From IMG/VR virus record IMGVR_UViG_3300025099_000012, positions 18,300 through 82,299 of that record: a stretch of DNA of 64,000 bases, one strand, 5' to 3'. The position numbers and the translations under genes were made by a program. Under the pieces are notes generated by a model. That model had not been told where the DNA came from and searched no databases. It saw nothing but the letters and a program-made list of their open reading frames with translations. This stretch comes from a virus. This document shows, piece by piece, positions 19,748 to 29,873 of the stretch (positions are counted from its first letter, which is position 1; each line of letters begins with the position of its first letter).

Positions 19748-20733
19748 ATGTCTTGGATAAGAGCCTTAGCTTGCAGAGCACCTTGAGGAGCCTGTGAGAG
19801 ATAACGCCATGCGTTCTCAGGGGAGCTGTCCATCATTTCGCTGAAGGAGCCCCAGAAATCATTTGCCTGGTTGACCTGACGGCCGGGAGTAGGCATATCC
19901 ATTTGAGGACGCTGGAAGTTCTGTGGAACTTGTCCTTGCTCTTGAGCTTGGATCTCAGCTTCGAACTGAGCACGAGCTTCTTGTTGCTGACGTACTTGTG
20001 TTTCGTCAGGGGTCTCAGTGGGATAAGGACCTTGAGGACCGAAGAACTCATTGACGTAATCAGCCAACACATCAGGGTTGGTGAGCATCAGGTTCATTGC
20101 ACCGTTCTCCTCGTTGGAAGCTTCGAATGCACTGAGGACATTGTTGCCACGCTGAACCTGCTCGATCAGTGCATCTTCAACTGCACATGCGTAGGTGTTT
20201 AGGAGAGCAGGAGCTTCAGCACCAAAGTGCTCAAGAACCTCAAGACTTTCTCCGCTGATTCCGCTTAGGTACTGATCCTGAGCCTGACTTGCTCCGTGCT
20301 GCACCGCTTGCTGCACCAGGCTGCTGACGTCGGATTCCGTATAGCTCTGGGTTGAAGCTTGGGGCTGCGAAATCTGCTGAACCTGTGGGGCCATTGAAGC
20401 CCAACTGGGCTGAGTAGTTGCCTGAGGCGTCGGTGTTGTCTGGTATGCCGAGGGTGAAACCTGGGCCGGGGAGGGGCTGGACGTATTCAGGCTTGCGCTG
20501 AGCGCCTGGAACGCCTGCTGCCATGGATTGCCCTGAGTTGCTGCCGAACCCTGCGGGGCCTGGGCCGATGCCTGGTAAACCGGTGCCTGCGGTGCCACTG
20601 GTTGTCCCATTGATGCCGGGGAGGTTGGGGACTGGCTCGTCGCGTACTGGCTCGCCGCGCTGGGCACGTAGTTGGTCGGCGTTGCTGAGCTCGTCGGGGA
20701 TACTTGTTGCGCTGGCTGGCTTGTAACTTCCAC
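19744..20733 (-). CDS. Putative capsid scaffolding protein
   Basis: Acidic, Gln/Ala/Pro-rich, follows portal; strong codon bias; GTG start. Confidence 0.6.
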   Translation of the reverse strand: MEVTSQPAQQVSPTSSATPTNYVPSAASQYATSQSPTSPASMGQPVAPQAPVYQASAQAPQGSAATQGNPWQQAFQALSASLNTSSPSPAQVSPSAYQTTPTPQATTQPSWASMAPQVQQISQPQASTQSYTESDVSSLVQQAVQHGASQAQDQYLSGISGESLEVLEHFGAEAPALLNTYACAVEDALIEQVQRGNNVLSAFEASNEENGAMNLMLTNPDVLADYVNEFFGPQGPYPTETPDETQVRQQQEARAQFEAEIQAQEQGQVPQNFQRPQMDMPTPGRQVNQANDFWGSFSEMMDSSPENAWRYLSQAPQGALQAKALIQDM

Positions 20734-22501
20734 TGTAACTTAACTCCTTACGTAAGAATTCTAAAGATCGATATAGGAACCCTGTCATGTCAAGGTTCGG
20801 GTCAGAAGCCAAAGGCATGTCTGGCATCTGTGGATGAGGCAATTGATAGAACTGCCCAAGTAAACTAATAAAACTGTTAATACTACTTTGTGTTTGCTGG
20901 ACCATTCTGAAGGGGAATCCGCTTAACATTGCAGCCCGTTCTTCATCAGTTTTACCAGGGAATAGATATTTGAGAGCTTCAATAGAATCAACTCCCAATT
21001 CTTGAAGGTTGCGAACGACGATGCTGTTGTTGAGCAGATCTTCAGTGCTTTCTTCAAAAACTTCTCCCATCCAACGCCAACTGACTTTTAATGCCCCATC
21101 AGGGACAAGACCAGTTACACCAGGGGGTATTTCACCTGCGTCTAGTTTAGCACGCATCTCTTTATTACGTTTTTCAAGGAACTTTTGGTATTCCTTTTCA
21201 TACTTATTAAATGCCCTTTCATATTCTTTCTCATCTTGAAAATCTTCGGGTAACGGCAAATCAGGTTCCGTTAAATTGATTGCTTGGCTAAACGAATCAT
21301 TGAAATTACGCTCTTCTGCATAAATCATCATTGAGAACAACGAGCACAGCCCATAAGTAAATAGAGCTCTTGCTTTTTTCTCTGCTGTTGCGGCTACACG
21401 TCCATATAGTGTTTTAATTTCATATGCTGTGGCAGCCGTTCTGATTTCAATGTCATCAACGCCTCCAAGTGCAAGCCGGATTTCTGAACGATACTGTTTT
21501 ACGTATAAGTTCTGATCTCCTGAAACACTATCCGGTGTCATATATCCAACACGATCAGTTGGTTCTAGGTTTGCAATTACTCGTGGAACTTTGATCTGAC
21601 CATCCAAAGTACCAGCACCGAATGGTTGGCTAACACGAGTACTTGCTCTACCTGAACCACCAATTGGAGCAAACCCCGCCTGAGAGCTGATAGTAGGGCG
21701 GAAACTATTGTCATCACCACTATCAAGAATGTCATGACGTGGACGACTTGATATAAGTGTGGGGTTTCCAAAGAACTTCATGTTCTTTCGGATATTTCTT
21801 ACAAGTTCATCGTGATAGAGGATCTGATTAGCTAACCAATCGAATTCTCCGTTACCTGTTGCTTCACCTGTACAGTCCATGTGATTAAACACTTCGACTG
21901 CAGGAATGAACCCAAGGCTATTAGTCAGTACCTCTGTTTGACCGGGCATCTTGAAGGGCATTGCACCCATTTGGTTTGAAAACTCAATTTTCTCGTCTGA
22001 AATCGTTTGCTCAATGCGATCTTTGTAGACTTTTAATTGAATCCATTTCTTTTTTCCATTTGACCCATTAGCTCCTGGCAAATTGTCTGCTAAGCCAATT
22101 GTCTGCTGGACATTAAATGAATAGACAAGGACTAATGACTCAAGATCACCAGCTTGGTCCCTATATGCTCGATAACTATCCTTTGGGAAGTAAAGAACTT
22201 GATAACTTTCACCAGCAGGGCGGAAATAAAATAGACCTTGACCGTCACAAAGGAAATAATCAACAATACTTTCGAATTTCATCTCCAGCATGTTCTCTTC
22301 GCAGATCTTGGCTAGGAACTCACGTCGTTTACCAAAAGAATCCTGCTCTGCATAAAATTCAATTCCTCTCCGAAGCATAAACGTACGCATTTGGGCGAGA
22401 TGTGAAGACACAATCATTGTGTCTACAGATAAATCACCTCGTCGCTCTTTAGCTGCTAGTAGTATTTGCTGAAATTCACTATTGATTGAATTCATTGCCA
22501 T
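20240..22501 (-). CDS. Putative portal protein
   Basis: 753 aa downstream of terminase; NSLGFIPAV motif of SPP1-type portals; Gly/Pro-rich tail. Confidence 0.7.
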   Translation of the reverse strand: MAMNSINSEFQQILLAAKERRGDLSVDTMIVSSHLAQMRTFMLRRGIEFYAEQDSFGKRREFLAKICEENMLEMKFESIVDYFLCDGQGLFYFRPAGESYQVLYFPKDSYRAYRDQAGDLESLVLVYSFNVQQTIGLADNLPGANGSNGKKKWIQLKVYKDRIEQTISDEKIEFSNQMGAMPFKMPGQTEVLTNSLGFIPAVEVFNHMDCTGEATGNGEFDWLANQILYHDELVRNIRKNMKFFGNPTLISSRPRHDILDSGDDNSFRPTISSQAGFAPIGGSGRASTRVSQPFGAGTLDGQIKVPRVIANLEPTDRVGYMTPDSVSGDQNLYVKQYRSEIRLALGGVDDIEIRTAATAYEIKTLYGRVAATAEKKARALFTYGLCSLFSMMIYAEERNFNDSFSQAINLTEPDLPLPEDFQDEKEYERAFNKYEKEYQKFLEKRNKEMRAKLDAGEIPPGVTGLVPDGALKVSWRWMGEVFEESTEDLLNNSIVVRNLQELGVDSIEALKYLFPGKTDEERAAMLSGFPFRMVQQTQSSINSFISLLGQFYQLPHPQMPDMPLASDPNLDMTGFLYRSLEFLRKELSYSGSYKPASATSIPDELSNADQLRAQRGEPVRDEPVPNLPGINGTTSGTAGTGLPGIGPGPAGFGSNSGQSMAAGVPGAQRKPEYVQPLPGPGFTLGIPDNTDASGNYSAQLGFNGPTGSADFAAPSFNPELYGIRRQQPGAASGAARSKSGSGSVPKRNQRRKS

Positions 22502-22526
22502 ATTTATCTCTTTTTATAGTTCAATA

Positions 22527-23462
22527 CTAATCCATTTCCTCTCGGGCTTCCCTATAAATCTCTTCTGCATTTGAAGTAATTTCCTCAGGAGGTTCAGGAG
22601 GTGTATATTCAAAGTTAAAAGCACCACTATCACCGTACATATTCCTTCTCAGAGTATTAGAACGATTACGGGAGCGTTGGATCCCTTCTTCTAATTCATT
22701 ATTTAGTCCTCTGATTCGTGATGGATTAGTCGGACTATTGTCTGTAGTTCTGTTTCGCTCAAACTGACGGCGTAGGTCTCGTTGACCTCTTATAGCTGAG
22801 TCAGTGTACATACTCATAAACCTATTAGCAGCAGCAGGGCTGTCATCTGTGTCGTAGTACCCACCCATTGTGGCTCTAGAAGTAGGTGAATCATAAAGAC
22901 TACTTTCACCACGACCGCCGTTGTAATTAAAGGTACGGCTACTACCACCATAGGAACGTCGTGAGTAGTCCCTATTGTCTCGGCTATTATCAACCCTGTT
23001 ATCTACTGTTTGTCTAATTGAATTATCTTGATTAACTCGGTTATTATTACCATCAATGCCTATACGATTGCGTTGCGAAATTGGCGATGAGATTGAATTA
23101 TCTCCAGCTTCCGAACCACCTGATCGTGAATTACGATCATCCGTATTTGGATTAGGAGAAGGATTCGGCTCAGGATTAGGATTAGGATCTGGCTCATCGG
23201 CAAAACCCTGGAGTGTATCTAGAGCTCTCCGTGTAGAACTCCCATGTTTAGTAGTATCTTTGATTCGATCAAAATAATCTAATACTGCTCGCGCACCGTC
23301 CCGCCGAGAAACACCCTCACCACGATTCTGGAAAACATGGTTAACGTCTAATCCACTAAACCTGGAAGTACCTCTATCAGACCCAGCACCTCTTGCAGTT
23401 AAGTCATAATCTGCAAGATAGTCATTAAAGCTTCTTAGAGCTTCTCCTGCCATTCGAGCCAT
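22527..23462 (-). CDS. Arg/Asn/Ser-rich, Lys-poor late protein
   Basis: PN repeats; N-terminal RMAG; segment homologous to 45755..46378. Confidence 0.65.
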   Translation of the reverse strand: MARMAGEALRSFNDYLADYDLTARGAGSDRGTSRFSGLDVNHVFQNRGEGVSRRDGARAVLDYFDRIKDTTKHGSSTRRALDTLQGFADEPDPNPNPEPNPSPNPNTDDRNSRSGGSEAGDNSISSPISQRNRIGIDGNNNRVNQDNSIRQTVDNRVDNSRDNRDYSRRSYGGSSRTFNYNGGRGESSLYDSPTSRATMGGYYDTDDSPAAANRFMSMYTDSAIRGQRDLRRQFERNRTTDNSPTNPSRIRGLNNELEEGIQRSRNRSNTLRRNMYGDSGAFNFEYTPPEPPEEITSNAEEIYREAREEMD

Positions 23463-23470
23463 CTTATTAT

Positions 23471-25009
23471 TTATAAATTAAAGCTGTCACTATTGTAGTC
23501 CATCTGTAAACTACCTCTTCTAAGTAGTCCACCCATAGTTAATACCATTGAGTCCACAGCGTCATCATGTGGTGAATGTCCAAAGTTCAGTAGTTCTTCT
23601 TCAAGTACATCCCACTTACGCCATTTATTCCAGACAACTTTTTTATGTTCATATAAACCAAGCACGCCTCTTAGTCTTGCAAGCTTATCTCCTTTGAAAC
23701 CTTTTACTGGAGAAACTGAAAGATTATAAAGTGCACGTTGCTCTAGGATTATTCTTTTGAAATCTCCTTCAAAAGAGTTTTGATAAGCAACCGCTTCAGG
23801 CCATATGATGCATGGGGACATTGTTGGAAAGAAGTCACCCTCGTCATTTTCAAGAACAATATTCCAATCAGCAAGCATTTGACAGAGTAAATCCATCTTG
23901 TCGAGATTTCCCATTGTCCGGGCACGACGTTGATCAATCATGAATAGCTTGCCATCTTTAATCCCACCTAGGGTCATGACTGTCCAGTCATTCTTTTCCT
24001 TTAGTCCAGCACTTAAGTCAATACCCACACCAAGGCAGTCGTAATCCTCTGGCACTTCACCTTTAATGATTAATTCCGGTGATATCCCAACATCCGTTGA
24101 CTTAACAGCTGTATTTAAATACTGATATGCAAATGCAACTCTATCTTCTGTCTTTCGTTCATTCAGATATTTCATTGACCAGAACTCTGGCCAGTATGAA
24201 CGTTGTTTACCATCTTGGTCAGTTATGACTGCTCGCTGAACAATCTGTTTCCATTTGTTCTTTGGAACGAATAACGTGGCGTGAATGTCGTCATAGTGGA
24301 AGCGGGTTCCCAAACAAATAGCCCGTGCACCTTGAAACATCGTTGGTGCGATAACGTTAGACCACGTCTGCTCCATCTCACGGCGAATGTCTGGGTTGTT
24401 GATTGAAATGGCAGATTTGATAGGGTCATCAATAAGCACCAACTGCGATCGTTTAGAGGTGATTGCACCTTTGAGACCACCACACGCAATTGTGAAAGCT
24501 TCTTCACCCGCTGTGTCAATTCCTGCAAACTCATAATCAATAGACCAGTATTCATCTGAACGTTTTATTTTTGAGAGCCTTACCATTGGGAAGATCTCTC
24601 TGTATTTATTACTTGTAAGTATCCCTTTGATTGTTGCCGATTTCGCTCGGCTTATGTCTACCATGTAGGCGATGTACAGAATACGTAGCATCTTCTTGGC
24701 AGCTGCATGTCGTCCAATCATCCAGGCTGCAAACAAACCAAGGACAGTACTTTTTGCAGAACCACGTGGTGCGAGGATCGATGTATTTGGACCTGCGATT
24801 CCAATCAGGCATTCACTATCTTCTCCAGTACATAACTCTGTATGCCACTCCAGCATATGTTTTGCAGGAGCTTTTCCCATGAACTTACAAAAGTCTTGGA
24901 AGCTGTCTCTTGCTTTTAGAACATCTTCACTTGGTGGTTTGACAGTTACCTTTGTAGCTGTCATCAGTGCTATTCGTCTGTACGCTAATGATGCGCTAGG
25001 TATTGCCAT
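23471..25009 (-). CDS. terL: Terminase large subunit
   Basis: Walker A APRGSAKS, Walker B LVLIDDPIK, GTRFHYDD, nuclease GIDLS...HDDAVDS. Confidence 0.9.
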   Translation of the reverse strand: MAIPSASLAYRRIALMTATKVTVKPPSEDVLKARDSFQDFCKFMGKAPAKHMLEWHTELCTGEDSECLIGIAGPNTSILAPRGSAKSTVLGLFAAWMIGRHAAAKKMLRILYIAYMVDISRAKSATIKGILTSNKYREIFPMVRLSKIKRSDEYWSIDYEFAGIDTAGEEAFTIACGGLKGAITSKRSQLVLIDDPIKSAISINNPDIRREMEQTWSNVIAPTMFQGARAICLGTRFHYDDIHATLFVPKNKWKQIVQRAVITDQDGKQRSYWPEFWSMKYLNERKTEDRVAFAYQYLNTAVKSTDVGISPELIIKGEVPEDYDCLGVGIDLSAGLKEKNDWTVMTLGGIKDGKLFMIDQRRARTMGNLDKMDLLCQMLADWNIVLENDEGDFFPTMSPCIIWPEAVAYQNSFEGDFKRIILEQRALYNLSVSPVKGFKGDKLARLRGVLGLYEHKKVVWNKWRKWDVLEEELLNFGHSPHDDAVDSMVLTMGGLLRRGSLQMDYNSDSFNL

Positions 25010-25046
25010 AAGTTAGCCTTTCCTAAAGTCTAACTAATAATTAGTT

Positions 25047-25328
25047 TCATGCTAGGCCAAAAGCTTTGGCTTGTTTATCAGCAGCTCTGCCTTTCATACG
25101 ACTAATAGCTCTACTTCTTGCTTCCCTTAGTTTACTTTCTCTGAATGATATTCCCATATCTCGTAGAAAGATAGCGGCTTCTTCTGCACGCCCCTTTGAA
25201 CCAGAACTACCATCTGGCATTTTTGGTAAAGCCTTTGGCAGAGTTCCTTGCAGCCGTAATCCAGAAGACTTTGCATCCTCAATTGCTGGAAGTTCAGGAA
25301 GTTCAGGAACAGGGGGTAGATAGCTCAT
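25047..25328 (-). CDS. Hypothetical late protein
   Basis: 93-aa ORF. Confidence 0.55.
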   Translation of the reverse strand: MSYLPPVPELPELPAIEDAKSSGLRLQGTLPKALPKMPDGSSGSKGRAEEAAIFLRDMGISFRESKLREARSRAISRMKGRAADKQAKAFGLA

Positions 25329-25867
25329 TAACTTAGTTCACTATAAATCTTTGCAAATACTGCATTGATAGCATTATCAATTGGCTCAGCAAGATGTGGA
25401 TCATCTTTGAAGATAGAGGTCATCTCACGCATTACACGATCTGCACCAGCAAGGATCAAACCTCTTTTGTCTGTTGTACGGTTCATCCGATCAGACGTCT
25501 CAATGTGCGAACGTAACTCCTTTTCAAGCGAAGCAAGACGTGCCGCACCATCCGAACCTTTGATCTCTCCCGAGGTAATGGCCATTCGTAGGTCCTGTAT
25601 ATCGGAGTGGAGAGCAGCAATTTCGCTATTGAGTATTTCACGGCGATTAAGCTTTTTATATTTCATTTTGACCCAACGGGCCATATCATTGAATGTACCT
25701 GGATATTTTAAAATTCCTGCATATACCCAAATTTCAATGATTGATGGAGTGACTTCAGCAAATTCTTTGAACTCTTCTGACTCAGATGCTGGTAAAGTAT
25801 CTAACCACTGATCAACATAGGTAACATAAACTTTACCGGTCTGAGTATTTTTTGTACCGACAGTCAT
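25328..25867 (-). CDS. Putative terminase small subunit
   Basis: 179-aa helical/coiled-coil protein upstream of terL; positional inference. Confidence 0.45.
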   Translation of the reverse strand: MTVGTKNTQTGKVYVTYVDQWLDTLPASESEEFKEFAEVTPSIIEIWVYAGILKYPGTFNDMARWVKMKYKKLNRREILNSEIAALHSDIQDLRMAITSGEIKGSDGAARLASLEKELRSHIETSDRMNRTTDKRGLILAGADRVMREMTSIFKDDPHLAEPIDNAINAVFAKIYSELS

Positions 25868-26562
25868 CAGAAGCTTCTCGATAGTTGATTAGCCCGACGA
25901 CGATTACGTTCTTCCCCACGAGCTGTAAGCATGTCGCTATGTTCGTTAGTCTTACGTGTCTGATCACCTGTGGCTGCTGTTCCTAATCGATCCTGTTCAC
26001 CTTCAGTAATTGTTTGAAGACGATTCTCTACACCTTGTGCTCTATAGTTTCGTCTAGTCTGATCATTTGTTGCTTGTATATCTGTTATTCTCCTTCCTAA
26101 CTGACGGTTTTGATATTCATCCTGTAGTTCAAACTGCCTGTCTAGATTACGCATTCCATATCCAAATTCATCAGCGCGGTTCTCCATATTATTACGGAGT
26201 TCTAAATTTGCAGCAAAACGTGCATTTCCTCTAAACAACCCGGACTGTTCCTGAGCTTGTTGACTTGAACGTTGAGCATCCATGCTCTTATCTATTTGAC
26301 TTGCCATGATGCTGTCCTGTAAACCAGAACGCCTAGTTTCTTCTCTACTTGCAGGACTAAAAAAGCTGCTAAGGTTATTTCTAAAATTAGTCATACCTTG
26401 TAGAATTCGCTGAGTATCATTATTACTATTACTGCTATCACGTCGCCTACGATCACGTTGGTTACTATTTCGATTATTCCTGCCGTCTTGATCTTGCTGA
26501 CTGTCATCAATACCGTCTCTATTTGTATCACGAAATGAACTTGGCATTACTTTTCTGATCAC
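25867..26562 (-). CDS. Arg/Asn/Gln-rich putative internal virion protein
   Basis: Coiled-coil-like, Lys-poor; TACAATA at 26572-26578. Confidence 0.6.
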   Translation of the reverse strand: MIRKVMPSSFRDTNRDGIDDSQQDQDGRNNRNSNQRDRRRRDSSNSNNDTQRILQGMTNFRNNLSSFFSPASREETRRSGLQDSIMASQIDKSMDAQRSSQQAQEQSGLFRGNARFAANLELRNNMENRADEFGYGMRNLDRQFELQDEYQNRQLGRRITDIQATNDQTRRNYRAQGVENRLQTITEGEQDRLGTAATGDQTRKTNEHSDMLTARGEERNRRRANQLSRSF

Positions 26563-26617
26563 TAATATAAATATTGTATCTAACTAGAATAGATGTATAT
26601 AGGAAAGTAAACGTGCC

Positions 26618-27550
26618 ATGGCATTAACATCTAGTAATTCTAGTAACTACTTAGCAGGTGCTGCTGAAGTAAATAATATCTCCAGTAATCTCTACAATGT
26701 TGCCAGACAGACCGGTGTCAATACTAACCAATTAGTTGAGGCTGAGATTAAAACAAGGGCAAATCGATTCAAGGCTAAAACTGATGCTGAAGAAAAAGTT
26801 GGTAAGCAAGATCTGAAGATCAACTCTATTCTTAAGTCAAATGAAATTGATGCTAAAGCTAAAAAAGACGTAGAGAAGATCATGAAGCCAGCCCAAATGG
26901 CAGGAGCTTTAGCCCAAACTGTCGACTTAGGCAATATGGGATTGATAATGCATCAAGATAAGAAGCGCCTTGATATGGAAAATGCTGAAACTAAACGTAT
27001 TCAAGCTGAAGAAGATTTAAAACAAGAAGAGCGTGATAGAAAAACAGCAGAGTTGTATAGGAAAATTAACGAATCACTGACTTCTGGTGATAAACCTACT
27101 TCTAGTACAGGAGGTACTCCAGAAAAGACCGAGGGTACATCTTCTACTACGTCCACTAATACGACTTCAACAACCTTGAAGCCTTTGGCTGGTTCTACTA
27201 AATTACCTAAAAGTTCTATTCGTCAATTAGCCATTGACCAAGGATTTACTCCTGAAGATGCCGGGATTGTTGTTGGCATAGCTGGTGGCGAGAGTGGGTA
27301 TGATCCAACTAATAGTACTATTCGCTCTGGCCTTTATAAAAGGGAAGGTGAAGATAGTGTTGGCTTAATGCAAATTAATTGGGGATTTCACAAAGATAGT
27401 GGTTGGTTACAAAGTTTAGGTATTAACAAGCGAGAAGACTTATTTGATCCAGTCAAAAATATGAAGGCAGCAAAATATCTACATTCGGGAAGTGGTGGTT
27501 TCAGTGATTGGACTGTTTATGATAAGGGAATTTATAAGGATTACATGTAA
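26618..27550 (+). CDS. Virion-associated lytic transglycosylase (C-terminal SLT domain)
   Basis: IAGGESGYDP, SVGLMQIN, LFDPVKNMKAAKYL, GFSDWTVY; N-terminal coiled coil; TAGAATAG at 26585-26592. Confidence 0.8.
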   Translation: MALTSSNSSNYLAGAAEVNNISSNLYNVARQTGVNTNQLVEAEIKTRANRFKAKTDAEEKVGKQDLKINSILKSNEIDAKAKKDVEKIMKPAQMAGALAQTVDLGNMGLIMHQDKKRLDMENAETKRIQAEEDLKQEERDRKTAELYRKINESLTSGDKPTSSTGGTPEKTEGTSSTTSTNTTSTTLKPLAGSTKLPKSSIRQLAIDQGFTPEDAGIVVGIAGGESGYDPTNSTIRSGLYKREGEDSVGLMQINWGFHKDSGWLQSLGINKREDLFDPVKNMKAAKYLHSGSGGFSDWTVYDKGIYKDYM

Positions 27551-27571
27551 TCTTATTCGTGGCTGCTACTC

Positions 27572-28276
27572 TTAAAATCCTTGACCAATATTCTGTAATC
27601 CTCCCATAATCATCATTAGCATTTCACGTTGAGCTTTACGTGCATCTCTAGCTTCTTGAAGATCTAACCTACGATTATCCATACGTCTCTGTGAGGCACG
27701 TTCAGCTGCTGCATTTTCAAATTGCAGCATTTGTAGATTATTTTGATTCGCTAGAAGGGTTTGTGCATCTGTCCTTGCTTGGTCGGCTTGTGCACGATTG
27801 TGTCTTAAAACTTCGATTCTTCCACCGAATTCTTTTTCCTTTGTAGTACGTTTATCATTTTTGTAATCATTAAAATTTTTCAATTTTTGTTGATAGGTGG
27901 AAGCTGGATCAGGAATAAAGCCCTCTTTCGCCATATCCAAATTAAGGCTTTGATTTATCTTTAAATCCTGTGCGTGTTCTTCAATTAACTTGTCTAAGTC
28001 AATTCTGCTTTTGTCTTTTGTAAGTTCTGCTTCCTCGTCGCTTATTAGATTATACTTTCTTAGTTCTTTGAGTCTGTTTCCATACTTATCTTTCAGATCT
28101 TGTACGTATGCACTTTCTGTTGCTTTGTCAAGAGTTTCACCTTGCCATGTAAATAGATCTCCTACATGATCTCCAATTTCTTTCTGCCTACCACCTAATC
28201 GGGGATCATACGTCTTCATTTCACGTTGTGCGTGTTGAGCCGTTGAACCACCAAAAAGAACATCTGTAAACGACAT
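27572..28276 (-). CDS. Coiled-coil putative internal virion protein
   Basis: 234-aa ORF ending in a hydrophobic Gly segment. Confidence 0.55.
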   Translation of the reverse strand: MSFTDVLFGGSTAQHAQREMKTYDPRLGGRQKEIGDHVGDLFTWQGETLDKATESAYVQDLKDKYGNRLKELRKYNLISDEEAELTKDKSRIDLDKLIEEHAQDLKINQSLNLDMAKEGFIPDPASTYQQKLKNFNDYKNDKRTTKEKEFGGRIEVLRHNRAQADQARTDAQTLLANQNNLQMLQFENAAAERASQRRMDNRRLDLQEARDARKAQREMLMMIMGGLQNIGQGF

Positions 28277-28289
28277 TAAACTAACCCTC

Positions 28290-28447
28290 GCTGTTGTAGT
28301 AACTTAAGCGCTTCTTCTATATTACTAGTTTCAAACATCATCCCATTCCACCTAGTATTGCACCAGGCAATCCACCAACTGATCCTGCTAATGCTCCACC
28401 AACATTAAACCGTTGTTGCTGTTGTAGTAACTTAAGTGCTTCTTCTA
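28290..28447. repeat. 30-nt direct repeat (28290-28319 and 28418-28447, 29/30 identical)
   Basis: GCTGTTGTAGTAACTTAAGYGCTTCTTCTA twice. Confidence 0.85.
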
Positions 28448-28946
28448 GCTTACGCTCTTCTGCAGACTTTCCTCCGCCAAATAAGAACTGAAGTCCATCA
28501 CTAGCAGCCTTGCCTACAGAGGCACCACCTGCAATCATTAGTGGATTGCCCATTCCAAGCACTCCACCAATCGTTCCACCAATACCCATACCTGCTGTGT
28601 CCATTACTTTATTGCCAAGACTGTCGTCACCCGTAAGAATATCTCCAACATCTCCTACAGCTTGGACTGCACCAAGCACAGGTAGAGCTCTTCCTGCAAA
28701 ACGCATAGGAGCGGATCTAACAATACCCATTGCTCCTTGACGAAGACCTTTAGGTAAAGCTTTTACTCCAGCTGCTACTAGCTTATCTCCTTCCATAATT
28801 CTGTTGGCATCATCAGCCATATTGCCAATGCCACTTAAGGTTTGTCCACCTAAGTTCCTTAGTAACTTGCCTTGTACAGCACCCCTCATGAACTCTGGAT
28901 TGTTTTGAATGGCTTTTAGAAGTAGATCTCTTTCTAGTGGAGTCAT
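28338..28946 (-). CDS. Glycine-zipper putative internal virion protein
   Basis: Multiple GxxxG runs; RFAG motif. Confidence 0.6.
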   Translation of the reverse strand: MTPLERDLLLKAIQNNPEFMRGAVQGKLLRNLGGQTLSGIGNMADDANRIMEGDKLVAAGVKALPKGLRQGAMGIVRSAPMRFAGRALPVLGAVQAVGDVGDILTGDDSLGNKVMDTAGMGIGGTIGGVLGMGNPLMIAGGASVGKAASDGLQFLFGGGKSAEERKLEEALKLLQQQQRFNVGGALAGSVGGLPGAILGGMG

Positions 28947-28968
28947 GACATTGTATTTAATAGTTTAA

Positions 28969-29403
28969 TTAACCGATTGCACTACCAAGTGCTTTGCCAC
29001 CTTGTGCAGCAGCCAGCCCCACTATTGGTCCACCAAGAATTGTTCCGCCGATACCTGCGACAGCACCAAGTGCAGAACCCATGATGCCCTTACGAGCTTG
29101 TTTTTTGGCAGCTTTTTTTATAGCTTTAGCTTTTTTCTCTGCTTGATTGACCATTCCAATAGCACCTAAGCTTGAAGCATATGCATTGGCATCAGCCTGG
29201 TAGGCTGCGCTTTGCTTATATGCTTCACTCGCTAGATCAGTGGCTGTAAAAGATGCTGGATCAAATGCTCCAGTTCTATTGTTTGACCAAATCTTACTAA
29301 GGTCTACAGCATTACCATACGCAGCCGCATTAGAAGTTCCACCAGAAAATGATGGTTCTGTAAAAACTAATCCAGATGGAGATGATTTAAAACTAGTAGC
29401 CAT
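28969..29403 (-). CDS. Glycine-zipper putative internal virion protein
   Basis: GIMGSALGAVAGIGGTILGGP. Confidence 0.6.
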   Translation of the reverse strand: MATSFKSSPSGLVFTEPSFSGGTSNAAAYGNAVDLSKIWSNNRTGAFDPASFTATDLASEAYKQSAAYQADANAYASSLGAIGMVNQAEKKAKAIKKAAKKQARKGIMGSALGAVAGIGGTILGGPIVGLAAAQGGKALGSAIG

Positions 29404-29445
29404 ATTTTTCAATTAGCCTTTATTAAGTGTATCAATATTAAAGTA

Positions 29446-29868
29446 TTAATTTTGAGGAATTCCATAATTTGGGCCTAATGTTCCTACAGTTTCTTTTCCA
29501 AAAAGTCCAAACTTTGGCAATGTGCCTCCTCCAGCACCAATTGGAGTACTTCCAAAAATATTATTCATAAAAGTTTTGCTGGGATCAAAGCCTCCCGCAG
29601 CACCAAATGATCCTATGCTTCCAGCAAGGCTGATTGCTCCCCCAATTGCGGATGCAGTATTCATTGTTGATTGTGCTGATTTTTGAGCAGAATTTAATAT
29701 GTTTCCCGCTTTATCTTGAGCGAATGTTCCCAATGCTTGTCCTCCTAGATTTGAATCACTTAAAAATGCTTGACCGCGTAATTTAGCCTGTTCTCTATTG
29801 TCAGCCCCTGAGACTGCCCCTACATTCAGAGGATCATTAAAATTACTTGGACCAAAACTCATTGCCAT
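29446..29868 (-). CDS. Gly-rich putative internal virion protein
   Basis: AIGGAISLAGSIG. Confidence 0.55.
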   Translation of the reverse strand: MAMSFGPSNFNDPLNVGAVSGADNREQAKLRGQAFLSDSNLGGQALGTFAQDKAGNILNSAQKSAQSTMNTASAIGGAISLAGSIGSFGAAGGFDPSKTFMNNIFGSTPIGAGGGTLPKFGLFGKETVGTLGPNYGIPQN

Positions 29869-29873
29869 TTTAA

